A stretch of 64,000 nucleotides of DNA from Octopus sinensis (lineage: Eukaryota). Position numbers and translations under genes: made by a program. The stretch spans positions 9,920,001 through 9,984,000 of the forward strand of contig NC_043002.1 in the NCBI RefSeq assembly GCF_006345805.1, given 5' to 3'. Positions 37,907 through 50,700 of this stretch are shown here, piece after piece (position 1 is the first letter of the stretch; every line of letters begins with the position of its first letter). Under the pieces are notes generated by a model, which worked only from the letters and a program-made list of their open reading frames with translations, did not search any database and was not told where the DNA came from.

Positions 37907-39727
37907 TAAACATTATTGGTGAATTGAAGAAATGGAGCTGAACGCAGATTGAACAGAAATCGTTTTATTTCATTCTACACGTGTTTCGAAAGGCACAAAT
38001 TACCAAAATCCGATTGAATAATGGGACCATATTGTGTCTTTCTCTTCAGGAAGAAAAAAGGAAATCCGTTGGAAACACAAAAACAGAACAGAGGCGGAGC
38101 AAAAAACAAATCGAAACTGTGCTCCTAAGAGCCCATGGCGAAACTGTTTATCAGTGTATGTTGAGAACCGGTGGTGAAGAATTCAACGGGTCAGGCATCG
38201 GTCAATCATGTGGGTGAGGGTGTATAGATGTTCTTGTGACCGAGAATAAAGTTCTGACTATTTAAGGAATATTGGATGTTTTATAAGGGGCGAGAAAAAA
38301 TCTACTTAGAGACGTGTGTGTGTGTATACTGTTCTATATATGTGTGTTGGCGTAGGGGTAGAGAACATTTTTTGTGTACGTGTGTGCGTTTGATCGTTCG
38401 GCTGTCAGTGGCTACTGCCGTGATAACCGTTGGGTGGCAGAAAGAAAAAAAAAAAAAAAATATTATATAATTATGTTTATTCCAGCCAGGGAGTACCCAT
38501 ACGGGTATAGTTATAAATAGGCGGTGTGTGGTTGACGGTAATAATGGGAGTAGGGTAGAGAGCCCCATTAGCATCCCCAGCATCATTTCCCGCAATAGCA
38601 GTACCACGGGCGCAAGTAGCAATGACAGCACTCTGATAGATAGTGGAGAATCAGGGGTTATTCCTATAGTTAATAGTGACCGTAGTGGAAAATAGAGTAG
38701 TAAGCGGCTGCAGGTCTCGGAACGAATATAGTGACAGGAACGCAGTTCTAATTTCAGAAACTAATCCTAGCAGATTAAGATTCACGTCGGCGAACTCCAA
38801 GATCAAAAAACGCCGTCTACCAATGCAAGGTTTACACGGACTCAGATGCCTTCACTTATGTAGGGGCATCATTCAAGATTGTCTTTGCGTATCTCCAACC
38901 ATTACGCAAGTTTTCGGGACGTGAACAAGCGCCAGACCACGGGACTCAGTAAGCTAATATGGCGACTGAAGGATGCGAACTTAAGCTATAGGCTGGAATG
39001 GTCAAATTTGTCGGTGGCCCTCCCATTGATAGGGCAGAAGACAGTGCAACCTTTGTGTCTCCGAACTCTTCCATATTTTGTTTGCCAGAGGCCGGATGGT
39101 AAACGGGCTCTTACAGTCGGCTTTTCGATGCCCCCATTGGCGGCGTTACACTTACCTGGCTTTTAAATAGCGTTTATAAATAATACCGGCACCCATAGCC
39201 CTTGGTAACAAATTCTGAAACAAATTCTGACAGCCGAACGATCAAACGCACACACGTACACAAAAAATGTTTTCTACCCCTACGCCAACACACACATATA
39301 TAGAACAGTATACACACACACAAGTCTCTAAGTAGATTTTTCTCGCCCCTTATAAAACATCCAATATTCCTTAATAGTCAGAACTTTATTCTCGGTCACA
39401 AAGAACATCTATACACCCTTACCCACATGATTGACCGATGCCTGACCCGTTGAATTCTTCAGCCACCGGTTCTCAACACTACACTGATAAACAGTTTCGC
39501 CATGGGCTCTTAGGAGCACAGTTCGATTTGTTTTTTGCTCCGCCTCTGTTCTGTTTTTGTGTTCCAACGGATTTCTTTTTTCTTCCTGAAGAGAAAGACA
39601 CAATATGGTCCATTATTCAATCGGATTTTGGTAATTTGTGCCTTTCGAAACACGTGTAGAATGAAATAAAACGATTTCTGTTCAATCTGCGTTCAGCTCC
39701 ATTTCTTCAATTCACCAATAATGTTTT
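37907..39727. mobile_element. Penelope-like insertion: ~500-bp inverted LTRs around a GIY-YIG fragment
   Basis: 37907-38410 is inverted at 39232-39727; internal RISNHYASFRD...TTGLSKLIWRLKD at 38880-39000. Confidence 0.85.
39583..39661 (+). ncRNA. Minimal hammerhead motif (inverted copy at 37973-38052)
   Basis: ttc-CTGAAGA-gaaagacacaa...ttgtgcctttc-GAAA-cacgtg-TA-gaa. Confidence 0.75.
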
Positions 39728-40131
39728 AATTTCAATTATCCGCACCAACGCACGGTTGCAACGCCAGATGGTTGTACCTCCAACCGTGCTGTTTACTGCT
39801 GTGATTTTTGCTACTAAGGTATCGGTTAAACTTTTGATTAAACTTTTGATTAATCTACTACAAGATTATTCATCTTTCTATTTCACATAATATATATATA
39901 TATATATATAAAATAAAATATTAGGGAATAAATCCAAACTTACAGGGAAAGAAGATCAGATTTAGGATTGAATCCAATTTTATAGTAAAATATTATATTA
40001 TATTAAATTAGAGATAAAACCACTATTAGGCAAATCATACAAGGAAAAACTTAAGCCAATGCATACGATTAATTAATTTATATTATTTTAAATATATATC
40101 AAAATTATTAAAAAAAAGATAATTAATATAA

Positions 40132-40194
40132 CACTACGATCGTTTCATGGCTGTCCAATTCTTAAAATTTCGAGTTACAGTCATTCTTCAGGTG
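40132..40194 (-). ncRNA. Minimal hammerhead motif
   Basis: cac-CTGAAGA-atgactgt...acagccat-GAAA-cgatcg-TA-gtg. Confidence 0.75.
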
Positions 40195-40220
40195 ATTTAA
40201 ATATCAGACTCTATATAATA

Positions 40221-40293
<73 letters not shown>

Positions 40294-40614
40294 TATAATA
40301 TATATATATATATACACATCTAATGTAGGATAAAAAATTTTTTTATCAATGGCCAGCATATTAAAAAATACCTTTAAAGGTTAAATTTACAAACACCTGC
40401 ACTGACAAAGGGAAGGTTCTTATGAACTAACCCTGAAATCGGTCCGATATGGTAATAACGGAATTTTTAAGAAATTTCTGTCGACCTTTTTCGAGTAACG
40501 TGCTTATTGTGATAAATTATATGGTTATGGACAATGTGTCTAATTTCGGCATATTTGGCATTAGAAATTTTTCTCGTTTGCCTTTATTTATAAGTTATAT
40601 ATACTCTCTTTTAC

Positions 40615-40764
40615 TCTGGAGCACCGCCTTTTAGTCGAGCAAATCGACCCCGGGACTTATTCTTTGTAAGCCCAGTACTTATTCTATCGGTCTCTTTTGC
40701 CGAACCGCTAAGTGACGGGGAACGTAAACACACCAGCATCGGTTGTCAAGCAATGCTAGGGGGA

Positions 40765-40810
<46 letters not shown>

Positions 40811-43795
40811 CATCGTGAGGACCTCACACCCCAGGTCCTTTGTCATACTCAAACTCGGTGTGTGACACACTAATTGTACATATTAGGCAACTTGATGTAG
40901 TTGTGTGTGCTACATATCGCCCTCCAGATGCCCCAAGCCATGTGGGCAAGTTTGAAGACTGCATTATAAAAATAGAAGAAGTTCTAACCACATTAGAACA
41001 ACACATAAGTGTACTTCTTATGGGAGACTTCAATCTGCCAAATGTCAGATGGCCCGAGGGCCTTTCTCTCCAGGAATGACAAGATGTGAACGAGGACAGG
41101 CGAGGTCCCTCCTGAACCTCATCAACACCCTGTACATGGAACAGGTAATACTCCAACCAACTAGGGCAGGTAACACACTGGATCTCTGCTTCACAAATGA
41201 CATGGATCTCATCCATAATGTGAAAGTGACACCGACACTACTCTCGGATCACAACATGATAGAGCTGACCATGTACGGGCCAAAAGAGAGCACGGACATG
41301 CAGCCTACAAGAAACCCCCAGATCTTTCCAGCTTGAACTACCATAAGGCAAACTGGAAACAAATTGAGAAAGAGATCCTCAAACAAAACTGGCCTAAATG
41401 TCTCTCCTCGCCAGACATCGACGTGAAACTTCAACAATTCATGTCTGTAATGCAAGCCATATGCTACAAATGTGTCCCAGAGAGAAAGGCCACTGTACAC
41501 AAGAAAAAACCCCAGAGAGAGGAAAATTCTAATGAGACGGCGTACAAAATTTTCAAATCGCCTAAACAAACAGATTGAAAGCAGTGAAAAGTCCCGCCTA
41601 AAAATAAAACTGCTGGAAATCGAAAAATGTCTGCAACTCTCCCATGAAAAGGAAGAGCAGACAAAGAAGCCTGGGCTATAGACAACATAAAATCTAACCC
41701 CAGAGCTTTCTACAAGGTATGCCAAAAAGAAACAGCTACGGTGCACTGTAGAATAGGGCCACTCCTCGAAAAGGATGGCACACTTACAGGAAAACCAATG
41801 AGGGTAAGTGAATACTGAATGAGCAATTCAAGAGTGTTTTCACTCCACCCCTTGGGCATCTCCAAATCACCAATCCAACTGACTTTTTTACCACTGCAGA
41901 TATAAAATCAGAGGCGGCGACGATAGATTACATCGATATAAAGGAAGACGATGTAATCAAGGCTATAGATGAAATGAAAACAGACTCCAGCTACTGGCCC
42001 CGATGGATTCCCGGCAATCCTCCTAAAAGCATGTAAGAGAGTCCTAGCAAGACCACTGCAGTTCCTCTTTCAGAGCTTCCTTGCAGCTGGCAAACTTCCA
42101 AGAAAACTGAAGGAAGGTAAAATAGCCCCATTCATAAAGGAGGTAGCAGAGCGGAAGCCAAGAACTATAGACCTATCTCTCTGACCTCACACATCAGCAA
42201 GGTCATGGAACGAATAGTCAGAAGGAAGCTGATCACCTTCCTTGAAGAAAATGACTTGCTGCCCGACACCCAACATGGTTTCCGACCAGGGAGAAGCTGT
42301 TTAACTGAGCTCCTACAACACTATGACTGGGTGCTGAAACGGCTGCTCAACCACTCAAATGTGGAAGTGATATATCTCGACTTTGCAAGGCCTTTGATAA
42401 AGTCGATCATGGAATGATATGTCACAAACTGCGTGATCTCAACATAGTTGGAAAACTGGGAGAATGGCTTCATGACTTTCTGAAAGATAGAAGTCAGGTG
42501 GTAGTGGCCAATGGGGCCACTTCCATTAACACGCAAATAGTGAGCGGTGTTCCGCAGGGCACTGTTCTGGGACCACTACTGTTCATAATGGCCCTCTCAG
42601 ACATGCCCTCAGCCACGCAGAGAGCCACGATCACAAGTTATGCAGATGATACAAAAGTTTCACAGGCAATACAGAACCCTGAGGACACTAAACACCTGCA
42701 ATGTGAGCTAGACAAAATATACAAGTGGGCCGAAAAGAATAGCAAGTTCAATGCTGAAAAGTTTCAAGCTCTATACTATCAGCATGCAAAACTAAATACA
42801 ATACCCAATGAATACACTGGACCCGGAGGAATAGCAATCCCAGAGGCACAATCAATGCGTGACCTAGGTATTTACATGAGTGATGACGCGACCTTTCGTG
42901 TACATGTTGCTAAATTGGCAATGAAATGTAGACGACTGGCCGGATGGATCCTCAGAACCTTTAGAACAAGAGAACAAGAAACCATGATGGTCCTCTGGAG
43001 GACACTTGTCCTAAGCCACTTTGACTACTGCTCTCAGTTATGGTCACCATCCAGTGTCAAGTTGATCACAGAGCTCGAGGCGATCCAACGTAGCTACACG
43101 AAGAAGATAGCCTCTATGCAGAATGTAAGCTACTGGGAAAGACTCAAGAGATTAAAATTATATTCCCTGGAGCGTAGGCGGGAAAGATATGCCATAATAT
43201 ACATCTGGAAGATCCTGGAGGGAAGTGTCCTGAACTTTGGCATCGAGAGTTACGCAAATGCCAGAACTGGCGCCACTGCGTGGTGCCTAGGACTCCAAAC
43301 TTGCCATCAAGATGTAGGACAAGATTCTATGATAGCCTGGGCTTCCGAGGCCCACAGCTCTTCAATATCCTCCCGAAGAACCTGAGAGACCTGCATGGGG
43401 TGGATACAGATGTCTTTAAAATGAAGCTGGATCTCTTCCGTCAGGTGTCCCAGATGAACAACTTCACGGCAGGAGGGGCAGATGAGGGCAGCTGCATCGA
43501 ACTCTCTCATGCCCAAATAGCAGTTGCTAGAAGCCTTCATGAAGTGAAACCAAGTAGCAACACCAAATGGCGGTGCCCAGCATGGCCACAGCTCATAAGC
43601 TGAAACTAGAATCAATCAAACATATATACGACAGGCTTCTTTCAGTTTCCGTCTACCAAATCCACTCACAAGGCATTGGTCGGCCCGGGGCTATAGCAGA
43701 AGATACTTGCCCAAGATGCCACACAGTGGGACTGAACCCGGAACCATGTGGTTGGTTAGCAAGCTATTTACCACACAGCCACTCCTGCGCCTATA
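40615..43795 (-). mobile_element. SINE family B split by a LINE (halves 40615-40806 and 43620-43795)
   Basis: The two halves join into a complete copy like 18415-18830. Confidence 0.85.
40807..43619 (+). mobile_element. CR1/L2-type LINE, 5'-truncated and frameshifted
   Basis: ATYRPPDA, MGDFNLPNVRW, QHGFRPGRSCL, QGTVLGPLLF and YADD. Confidence 0.9.
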
Positions 43796-44533
43796 TATAT
43801 ATATATATATATTTTACACACAGCAGAATTCAGGAATTGTACCAGTATTTTATCGGGTACGAGGACAGCAGCAGCAAGAGGATGCGGTCAGTGGGTAGGG
43901 ATGAAGGGAGGGCAACACTACTGCTAAAATGTATGACATACACACAAGAATACACGTAGACATCCACACAGGCACAGAGACACAATGAAGGACAGAAAGG
44001 CATCAGCACATAATGATGCACGTCTTAGAGGACCAGAATGCAGAAAGCGGTGCATGGAAACACAACAAAACGAAAAGTGTCGCTGAAAAGGCCACAGATG
44101 TGTGACGAAAGATTTCCAGACATTGGACATGAATTACAATAATAAAATAAGAACAGTAATAAGAAAAGTGAAGAAAGAAATATATATAGCGCGTATGTAT
44201 ATTTGGCGAAAAGCAATAGGACCTTCCCAGAATAAAACAATGTCTTATATTCCTCCCCACCACTACGAAACTCTATAAAATGATTAAAATTCCCAACAAA
44301 GGAACTTATTTTGATTTGAAAACCCCACTAGAATGGGAGAAAGCGCTAATGATCTAAGTGATATGATATATATGTAAAGAATGTAATATATAAATAAATA
44401 TCTGTAAATATAAACCATCCGATCTTCTGATTACCTCATTTCTTCTAACATATATATATATATATATGTTTGTGTGTGTGTGTGGTGCTTTTGTGTGTGT
44501 ATGTATGTATATATATATGTGTGTGTGTGTATG

Positions 44534-44587
<54 letters not shown>

Positions 44588-44977
44588 TATACGATACATG
44601 ATGCTTTGGCTAAGACACAACATAATAAGATCTATCGCAAGGATGAATTTTGAAGCCATAGAAATATGAACCCACAGTATGGCGGAAGCCTCAGACACTC
44701 ATTAAAATAATGAATACTTGTGGAATGTCCCAGTGAGAACGTCTACAAAATATAAGCTGAATAGACATGACGTAATGACATAGGATAAAGAAGAGAAACG
44801 TCGTACTGTTGCGGAAATCAGCTGCCCAGCAGATGTTAGCATGAAACTTAAGCTCAGCGAAAAAGAAAATACCTACCCTGAACTATTGAAAAACTTACAA
44901 TTACTCTACGTAGATTACAATTTCAGTTTTTTTTTTTACCTGTAATTTATGGGCCACTGAGATATATAACACACTGC

Positions 44978-45030
44978 CTAAATACCAGAAGGGAGAAAAC
45001 CAAGTCGAAGACTACAATTGCAAGCCGTCT
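44978..45030 (-). CDS. Candidate terminal exon following 45648-45779: (E)TACNCSLRLGFLPSGI*
   Basis: Acceptor gatattacag, phase-compatible, adds a CxC pair to give 6 Cys; other acceptors nearby are also possible and there is no paralog support. Confidence 0.25.
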
Positions 45031-45283
45031 CTGTAATATCACTGGGAAATGTGTATATCCTTCCAGAAACTTATTGTTTCAGTATATACCAGCATATCTA
45101 GATATGTACATATATGCATGAGAATGCATACATAAAACAAAACATTGAAATCTCCATGAATAAATGCATGCATACGTACATACAAAAACACCCCAAGTCT
45201 AGGTTAGAAACAGGATCTTTCTTTATTGGCATGAAATCTTGAAATAAAAGCTAATATTCATACACACACACGCCCACACAAAC

Positions 45284-45326
<43 letters not shown>

Positions 45327-45393
45327 AACAAACACTTACACACAGGAGTTACAACCGTGTTTCGTGGTCTGCTACCACAACAGCTCCTTCATA

Positions 45394-45521
45394 GGATCCA
45401 GTTAGCTCTAGACATCATCAGGAGGAGCCACGTCCGGTTTCGGCCCCTACTCCTCTACCGTGGAGTAGGGGCCGAAACCGGACGTGGTTCCTCCTGATGA
45501 TGTCTTGAGCTAACTGGATCC
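45394..45521. repeat. GC-rich near-perfect hairpin (60-bp stem, 8-nt loop)
   Basis: 58 of 60 positions complementary. Confidence 0.9.
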
Positions 45522-45647
45522 ACACACACACAAACAAACACTTATATATACTGTAGGATGGAGTTAGTAATTATGTGCTAGGCTTCTGCAAGTGTAATTT
45601 AAACCTCGGCCAAATGCTGTATATACATTAAAATAGAATTTACATAC

Positions 45648-45779
45648 CTAGATCAAACACAATACTTAGTTGCGCCTTATCATTGATAATGTCGCAGTAA
45701 AATGTTACACACGTAGTTTCGATGGTACCACGCCACTTTTCTTCATTGGGCATACAATTTCCTGTTGGATCTAGGCAAT
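45648..45779 (-). CDS. Cys-module exon C: CLDPTGNCMPNEEKWRGTIETTCVTFYCDIINDKAQLSIVFDL
   Basis: 132-nt phase 1-1 open exon with acceptor aatatttacag and donor gtatgt; C-x6-C-x14-C-x4-C spacing parallels the A/B module. Confidence 0.7.
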
Positions 45780-45869
45780 CTGTAAATATTATCAGAATAA
45801 AGACCGATTCAAAATGTTCATACCTGAACATATCGCAAAATAAGCACATGTATATAAGCTAACACACAC

Positions 45870-46180
45870 ACACGTTTTGTTTGTTCCTTCTCGAGCCATG
45901 CCTGGCTCATAAGGACTGGTTTCCCGGTTTCCTTGGCGTATAGGTTCCCCACCTGGACGGGACGCCGGTCCGTCGCAGGTGAGCTGCAAGATGCAGGAGG
46001 AAAGAGTGAGAGAAATTTGTGGCGAAGAAGTCAGCAGAAGTTCACCATTACCTTCTGCTGGAGCCGCGTGGAGCTTAGGTGTTTCGCTCATAAACACACA
46101 CATCGCCCGGTCTGAGATTCAAACCCGCGATCCTTCGGCCGCGAGTCCGCTGCTCTAAACACTAGGTGATGTGCCTCCGC
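45870..46180 (-). mobile_element. tRNA-derived SINE (family A)
   Basis: Head ggaggcacatcacctagtg; body shared with 33435 and 19130. Confidence 0.8.
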
Positions 46181-46226
46181 AACACACACACGTGTAAACA
46201 TTTATATACATACATACATACATACA

Positions 46227-46279
<53 letters not shown>

Positions 46280-46284
<5 letters not shown>

Positions 46285-46453
46285 CGCAGGAGTGGCTGTG
46301 TGGTAAGTAGCTTGCTAACCAACCACATGGTTCCGGGTTCAGTCCCACTGCGTGGCATCTTGGGCAAGTGTCTTCTGCTATAGCCCCGGGCCGACCAATG
46401 CCATGTGAGTGGATTTGGTAGACAGAAACTGAAAGAAGCCTGTCGTATATATG

Positions 46454-46484
<31 letters not shown>

Positions 46485-46680
46485 CTGTGTTTGTCCACCT
46501 AGCATTGCTTGACAACCGATGCTGGCGTGTTTACGTCCCCGTCACTTAGCGGTTCGGCAAAAGAGACCGATAGAATAAGTACTAGGCTTACAAAGAATAA
46601 GTCCCGGGGTCGATTTTCTCGACTAAAGGTGGTGCTCCAGCATGGCCACAGTCAAATGACTGAAGCAAGTAAAAGAGAAA
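46280..46680 (+). mobile_element. SINE family B
   Basis: Full copy. Confidence 0.9.
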
Positions 46681-46939
46681 AAGTTTATATATAAATATAT
46701 TTATATATGTACACTTACATATATACTTTTTTTTTATCCGAGGGGATGCAATGCGAGCAGCAACTAAAGGAACATTACAAAATCCACAGAAAGATCAAAC
46801 GCATACATATATTCATATATTCATTTATATCTACAGAACAGATAGAAAGCCCGACGTTTAAAAATTTAAATATTTAGTAATATAAATATCAGTTTCATAT
46901 AAGACCTTGAATTTACGCTTAAAACATTTAGTATAAATT

Positions 46940-47365
46940 TGTTACTCTTTACTCTCTTTTACTCTTTTACTTGTTTCAGTCATTTGACTGCGGCCATGCT
47001 GGAGTACCGGCTTTAGTCGAGCAACTCGACCCCGGGACTTATTCTTTTTGTAAGCCCAGTACTTATTCTATCAGTCTCTTTTTGCCGAAGCGCTAAGTGA
47101 CGGGGACGTAAACACGCCAGCATCGGTTGTCAAGCAATGCTAGGGGGACAAACACAGACACACAAACACACACACACCTATATATATATATACATATATA
47201 CGACGGGCTTCTTTCAGTTTCCGTCTACAAAATCCACTCACAAGGCATTGGTCGGCCCGGGGCTATAGCAGAAGACACTTGCCCAAGATGCCACGCAGTG
47301 GGACTGAACTCGGAACCATGTGGTTGGTTAGCAAGCTACTTACCACACAGCCACTCCTGTGCCTA
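46940..47365 (-). mobile_element. SINE family B
   Basis: Full copy. Confidence 0.9.
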
Positions 47366-47734
47366 CTATTCCAGTCTGCTGTATATCTTGAGCGTTGTTG
47401 TCACTCAAGATATAACTTTATATTTTGCACTTACATATATATGCGTATCCTGTTTGCGAGGGGTATTTGAGAACATTTCGCTCTTAGTTCATTACACTTT
47501 TAATTATTTATCGTATCATTTAAAAAATTTTTGGGTTTCAGATAATCCTTTCAAGATATAATGCTAACTCAAGAAATTCAAAGACATGCTGTGATAGTCG
47601 CTATACATGCAAAACACAGCGATTTAGAAATTAGCCTCTTTCTAAATGTTGCAAGATCATTTGTACACAAAGTTCGGTTGGAATTGGAGGCATGTGATGG
47701 TAATATTAAATTTAAATATTTAAAAAAATGTACA

Positions 47735-50700
47735 TAGGCGCAGGAGTGGCTGTGTGGTAAGTAGCTTGCTAACCTCACTGACTGAAGAGTGACTTTGCTT
47801 ACCGTACTACGGTTTGGACGCGTTTTCTTCCCGGTAAGAATTTTGCTGTGTTGTTAATTGTTGAATTTCTACTACTGAAAAATTTGTCTTTAAACGTTGC
47901 TGAACTGTCTTGTTCTCCGGTTTTACCGGGGAATAATTGGATAATTTCTTACCGTTGAACTGTTAGCCATTGTGGCTTTTTATTTACGTGACTATATATA
48001 GTCCTGCCAGACTATTTTCGTGCCCCTCCCCCGAATGGGGGTGGGAATTGGAATTTTTGAACTGCTTTTTTGAACTACTTTGGAAGAAAAACTTTCTATA
48101 GGTTTCCCAGTTTTGTGGGAAACCAATATTCGTAATTTTTGTGTTGTCTAATTTCAACAGAATAATGTCTGTTGAAATTATTCACGAAAGTAGTGCTCTT
48201 GAGGAGAGCAATGTTAAAAAATTTTCTGCGGTAGCCGCAGTGGCTACCGAGAACATTGACATCGATGTCAATCAGCTCGTCGAGCTATTTAAAAGAATGC
48301 AAGAGGAGGGTGGTGATGTTAAAATATCACCCTCCGCCAGTATCGTGGAGACCGAGAAGCGGACCGTAGTGTTTAAAACCTTCTGTCCACAAAGCAGAAG
48401 GTTCAAACACTTTGAAAAAAAACACCATCGAGAAATGCCTGTCCCCGATTTGGAAGGACATCGTGTACGTCGCCAGGGGACGGGCATATGGCACTGTGGA
48501 TGTCCGCTTCTCGGGGGAAGAAGTGGCCCGCGGGCATTCTGTGAACCCCCTAAAAACCAAGGAGGTGGTACTTTTCCCAAGCTATAGGGGACGCAGGACG
48601 TCCCGGGTCAGAATTGTAGAAGCCCCGCCGGAAGTAGATCCGGTAGAGGTAGTGGCCGCCTTGTTATATAAAAGGGCGGACAAAATTAAAATACTAGAAG
48701 TAACATGCTCTGCCCCTCTATTTTGGCTCGGGCGTAACATTAATATATTAATTCAAGGAACAGCGGAGGACCTGCAGCTCCTTCCTGAGAGGGTGCTCGT
48801 GGGCGAGAACGTAGCCCTCAGGGTACAGGTCGAAGGCCGAAAACCCACCTGTTACGCCTGCGGCAAAAAGGGCCACATTCGTGTAGACTGTCCAGACAAG
48901 CAAAAGAAACCGCAGACACCAGGCCCCTCAGATAATAAAAAAGTCCCTACCCTTGCAAAACTCACCTACCCCTACAAAAACAAAAAATCCCACTCCTGCT
49001 GTTACGGTGCCAACCCCAAAACAGACTGAAGAAAAAACCCAGCCCTCGCACTCACAAACCCCTACATTATTAAAACCTCCCACCCCCCTAAAAACTGCGG
49101 CGCCTACCGAACAAACTATTGCTACCCCAGACGATACCATGGAGGTATCAGAGGGGGGATTTACACCAGTTCGTAAAAGAATTCGTGCACCATCCCCGTC
49201 CACATCCCCTACAAAAAATAATAAAAACAAAGACACACCACAGACACGGAAAAAAAAATCCCGCTCAACTGGCCCAGAAAAAGAAGACAAAAAAGAAATG
49301 AACTCATATTAATTGAATTCGACACACAAGACAAATACATAAACGATATTGTGGTTCAGCATCAGTCAGCAAGACTGTACAACAAATACAAAGATCGAAA
49401 TAGACACGCGTGGATTGCGGAAACAACGTTCAAATATAAAAGACAGGCACCCAAACGCCATCCGGCATATCGCGAACTTGCCGGACTATCTGAAGAAAGA
49501 GGAGAAAGAAGGGGCCCACAAACGTGTGGTGAGGTCGGCCCCCACCTCTCCAACGAAATGTAAGTAGAACTTTTACTTTTTGTAATGGCTTCGCTTAACC
49601 TTGGTTGTTTAAATGTGCGTGGTCTGAGTTCGAAGTGGAAGCAGGCTTGTTTCCTCGACGACCTCAGATCACATGATATACATGTGATGGTTGCTATAGA
49701 GACCAAGCTAGACAGCCTACAAACCTTCTCGCCTCTCCTGAATGGCTACGAGAAAATCATGTCTCCTGGCCAGACCGGAGGGCGAGGGGGCGTAGTGGTA
49801 CTGATCCGTAAAGACTTGGCTCTACAGACAAGTACAGTCTATGTAGACCCAGAAGGTGGGCTGGTCGTCCTTGATGTGACATACAGCAGTAAGGCCTTCA
49901 GGTTGATCGGACTCTATGCACCTTGTGCTAGAGGTTTCCAAACTGATTTTTATCGGCGCCTAGAGGGCTTTCTCGTGACGTCGAAGACTTTAGTGATATT
50001 AGGGGACTTTAATGCTATCGTTGACGTACACATCGATAGCGTTGGCTCGATCTATAGGAAAGTGAACTCACGTCTCGTGGATCTGCTTAAGCGGTTTCAG
50101 CTGGCAGATCGTTACAGACTTGACCATCCGAACGTCCCAGAGTGGACCTGGATGAGTGGCGACGGAAGGTTCAAGTCTTATCTAGACAGGATAGTGATAA
50201 GAACTAGAAATAAGTCTAGTTTTAGTTGTCCACAGCTCGTCCAGGTGCCCTATACTGACCATAGAATGGTCACGTGTAGACTGGACATAGATAGCACACT
50301 TAAGATAGGAACCGGCTACTGGAAGCTGAACAAGTCTATTTTGACACGCGAGGCATACCGTAGCCGGATTAAGGTGTTAGTGCAGAGGGCGTTAACCGGA
50401 GCCGTGGTTAATAACCGGTGGTGGTTCGCCCTCAAAAGAGCCATTCGATTCGAGTCCATTAGATTTAGTAAACAACTAAGACTAGATAGGGCTAGAATAG
50501 AAGGGCAACTAGTTAAGAACTTAGAGGAGGCGTTGAGGTTGGGCTCTGCATCTCACATTTTAGCGGCGAGAACGGCATTAGACCGTCACCTCAAAACCAA
50601 ACATGAGGGATGTAGAGTTCGGGCTAAAGTACGAGCATTGGGCCGTGAGGGAATTAATGTTGCCGGATGGGCCGGTACGATAGAAACACAGCGTGGAAAC

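Noticed and set aside
43830-44330. Short ORFs in unique-looking sequence
   Set aside because: Multiple stops in all frames and no recognisable motif.
45345-45521. CTGATGA and GAAA within the GC-rich hairpin as a hammerhead or C/D snoRNA
   Set aside because: I could not build a valid stem I/II/III topology or a C/D terminal arrangement.
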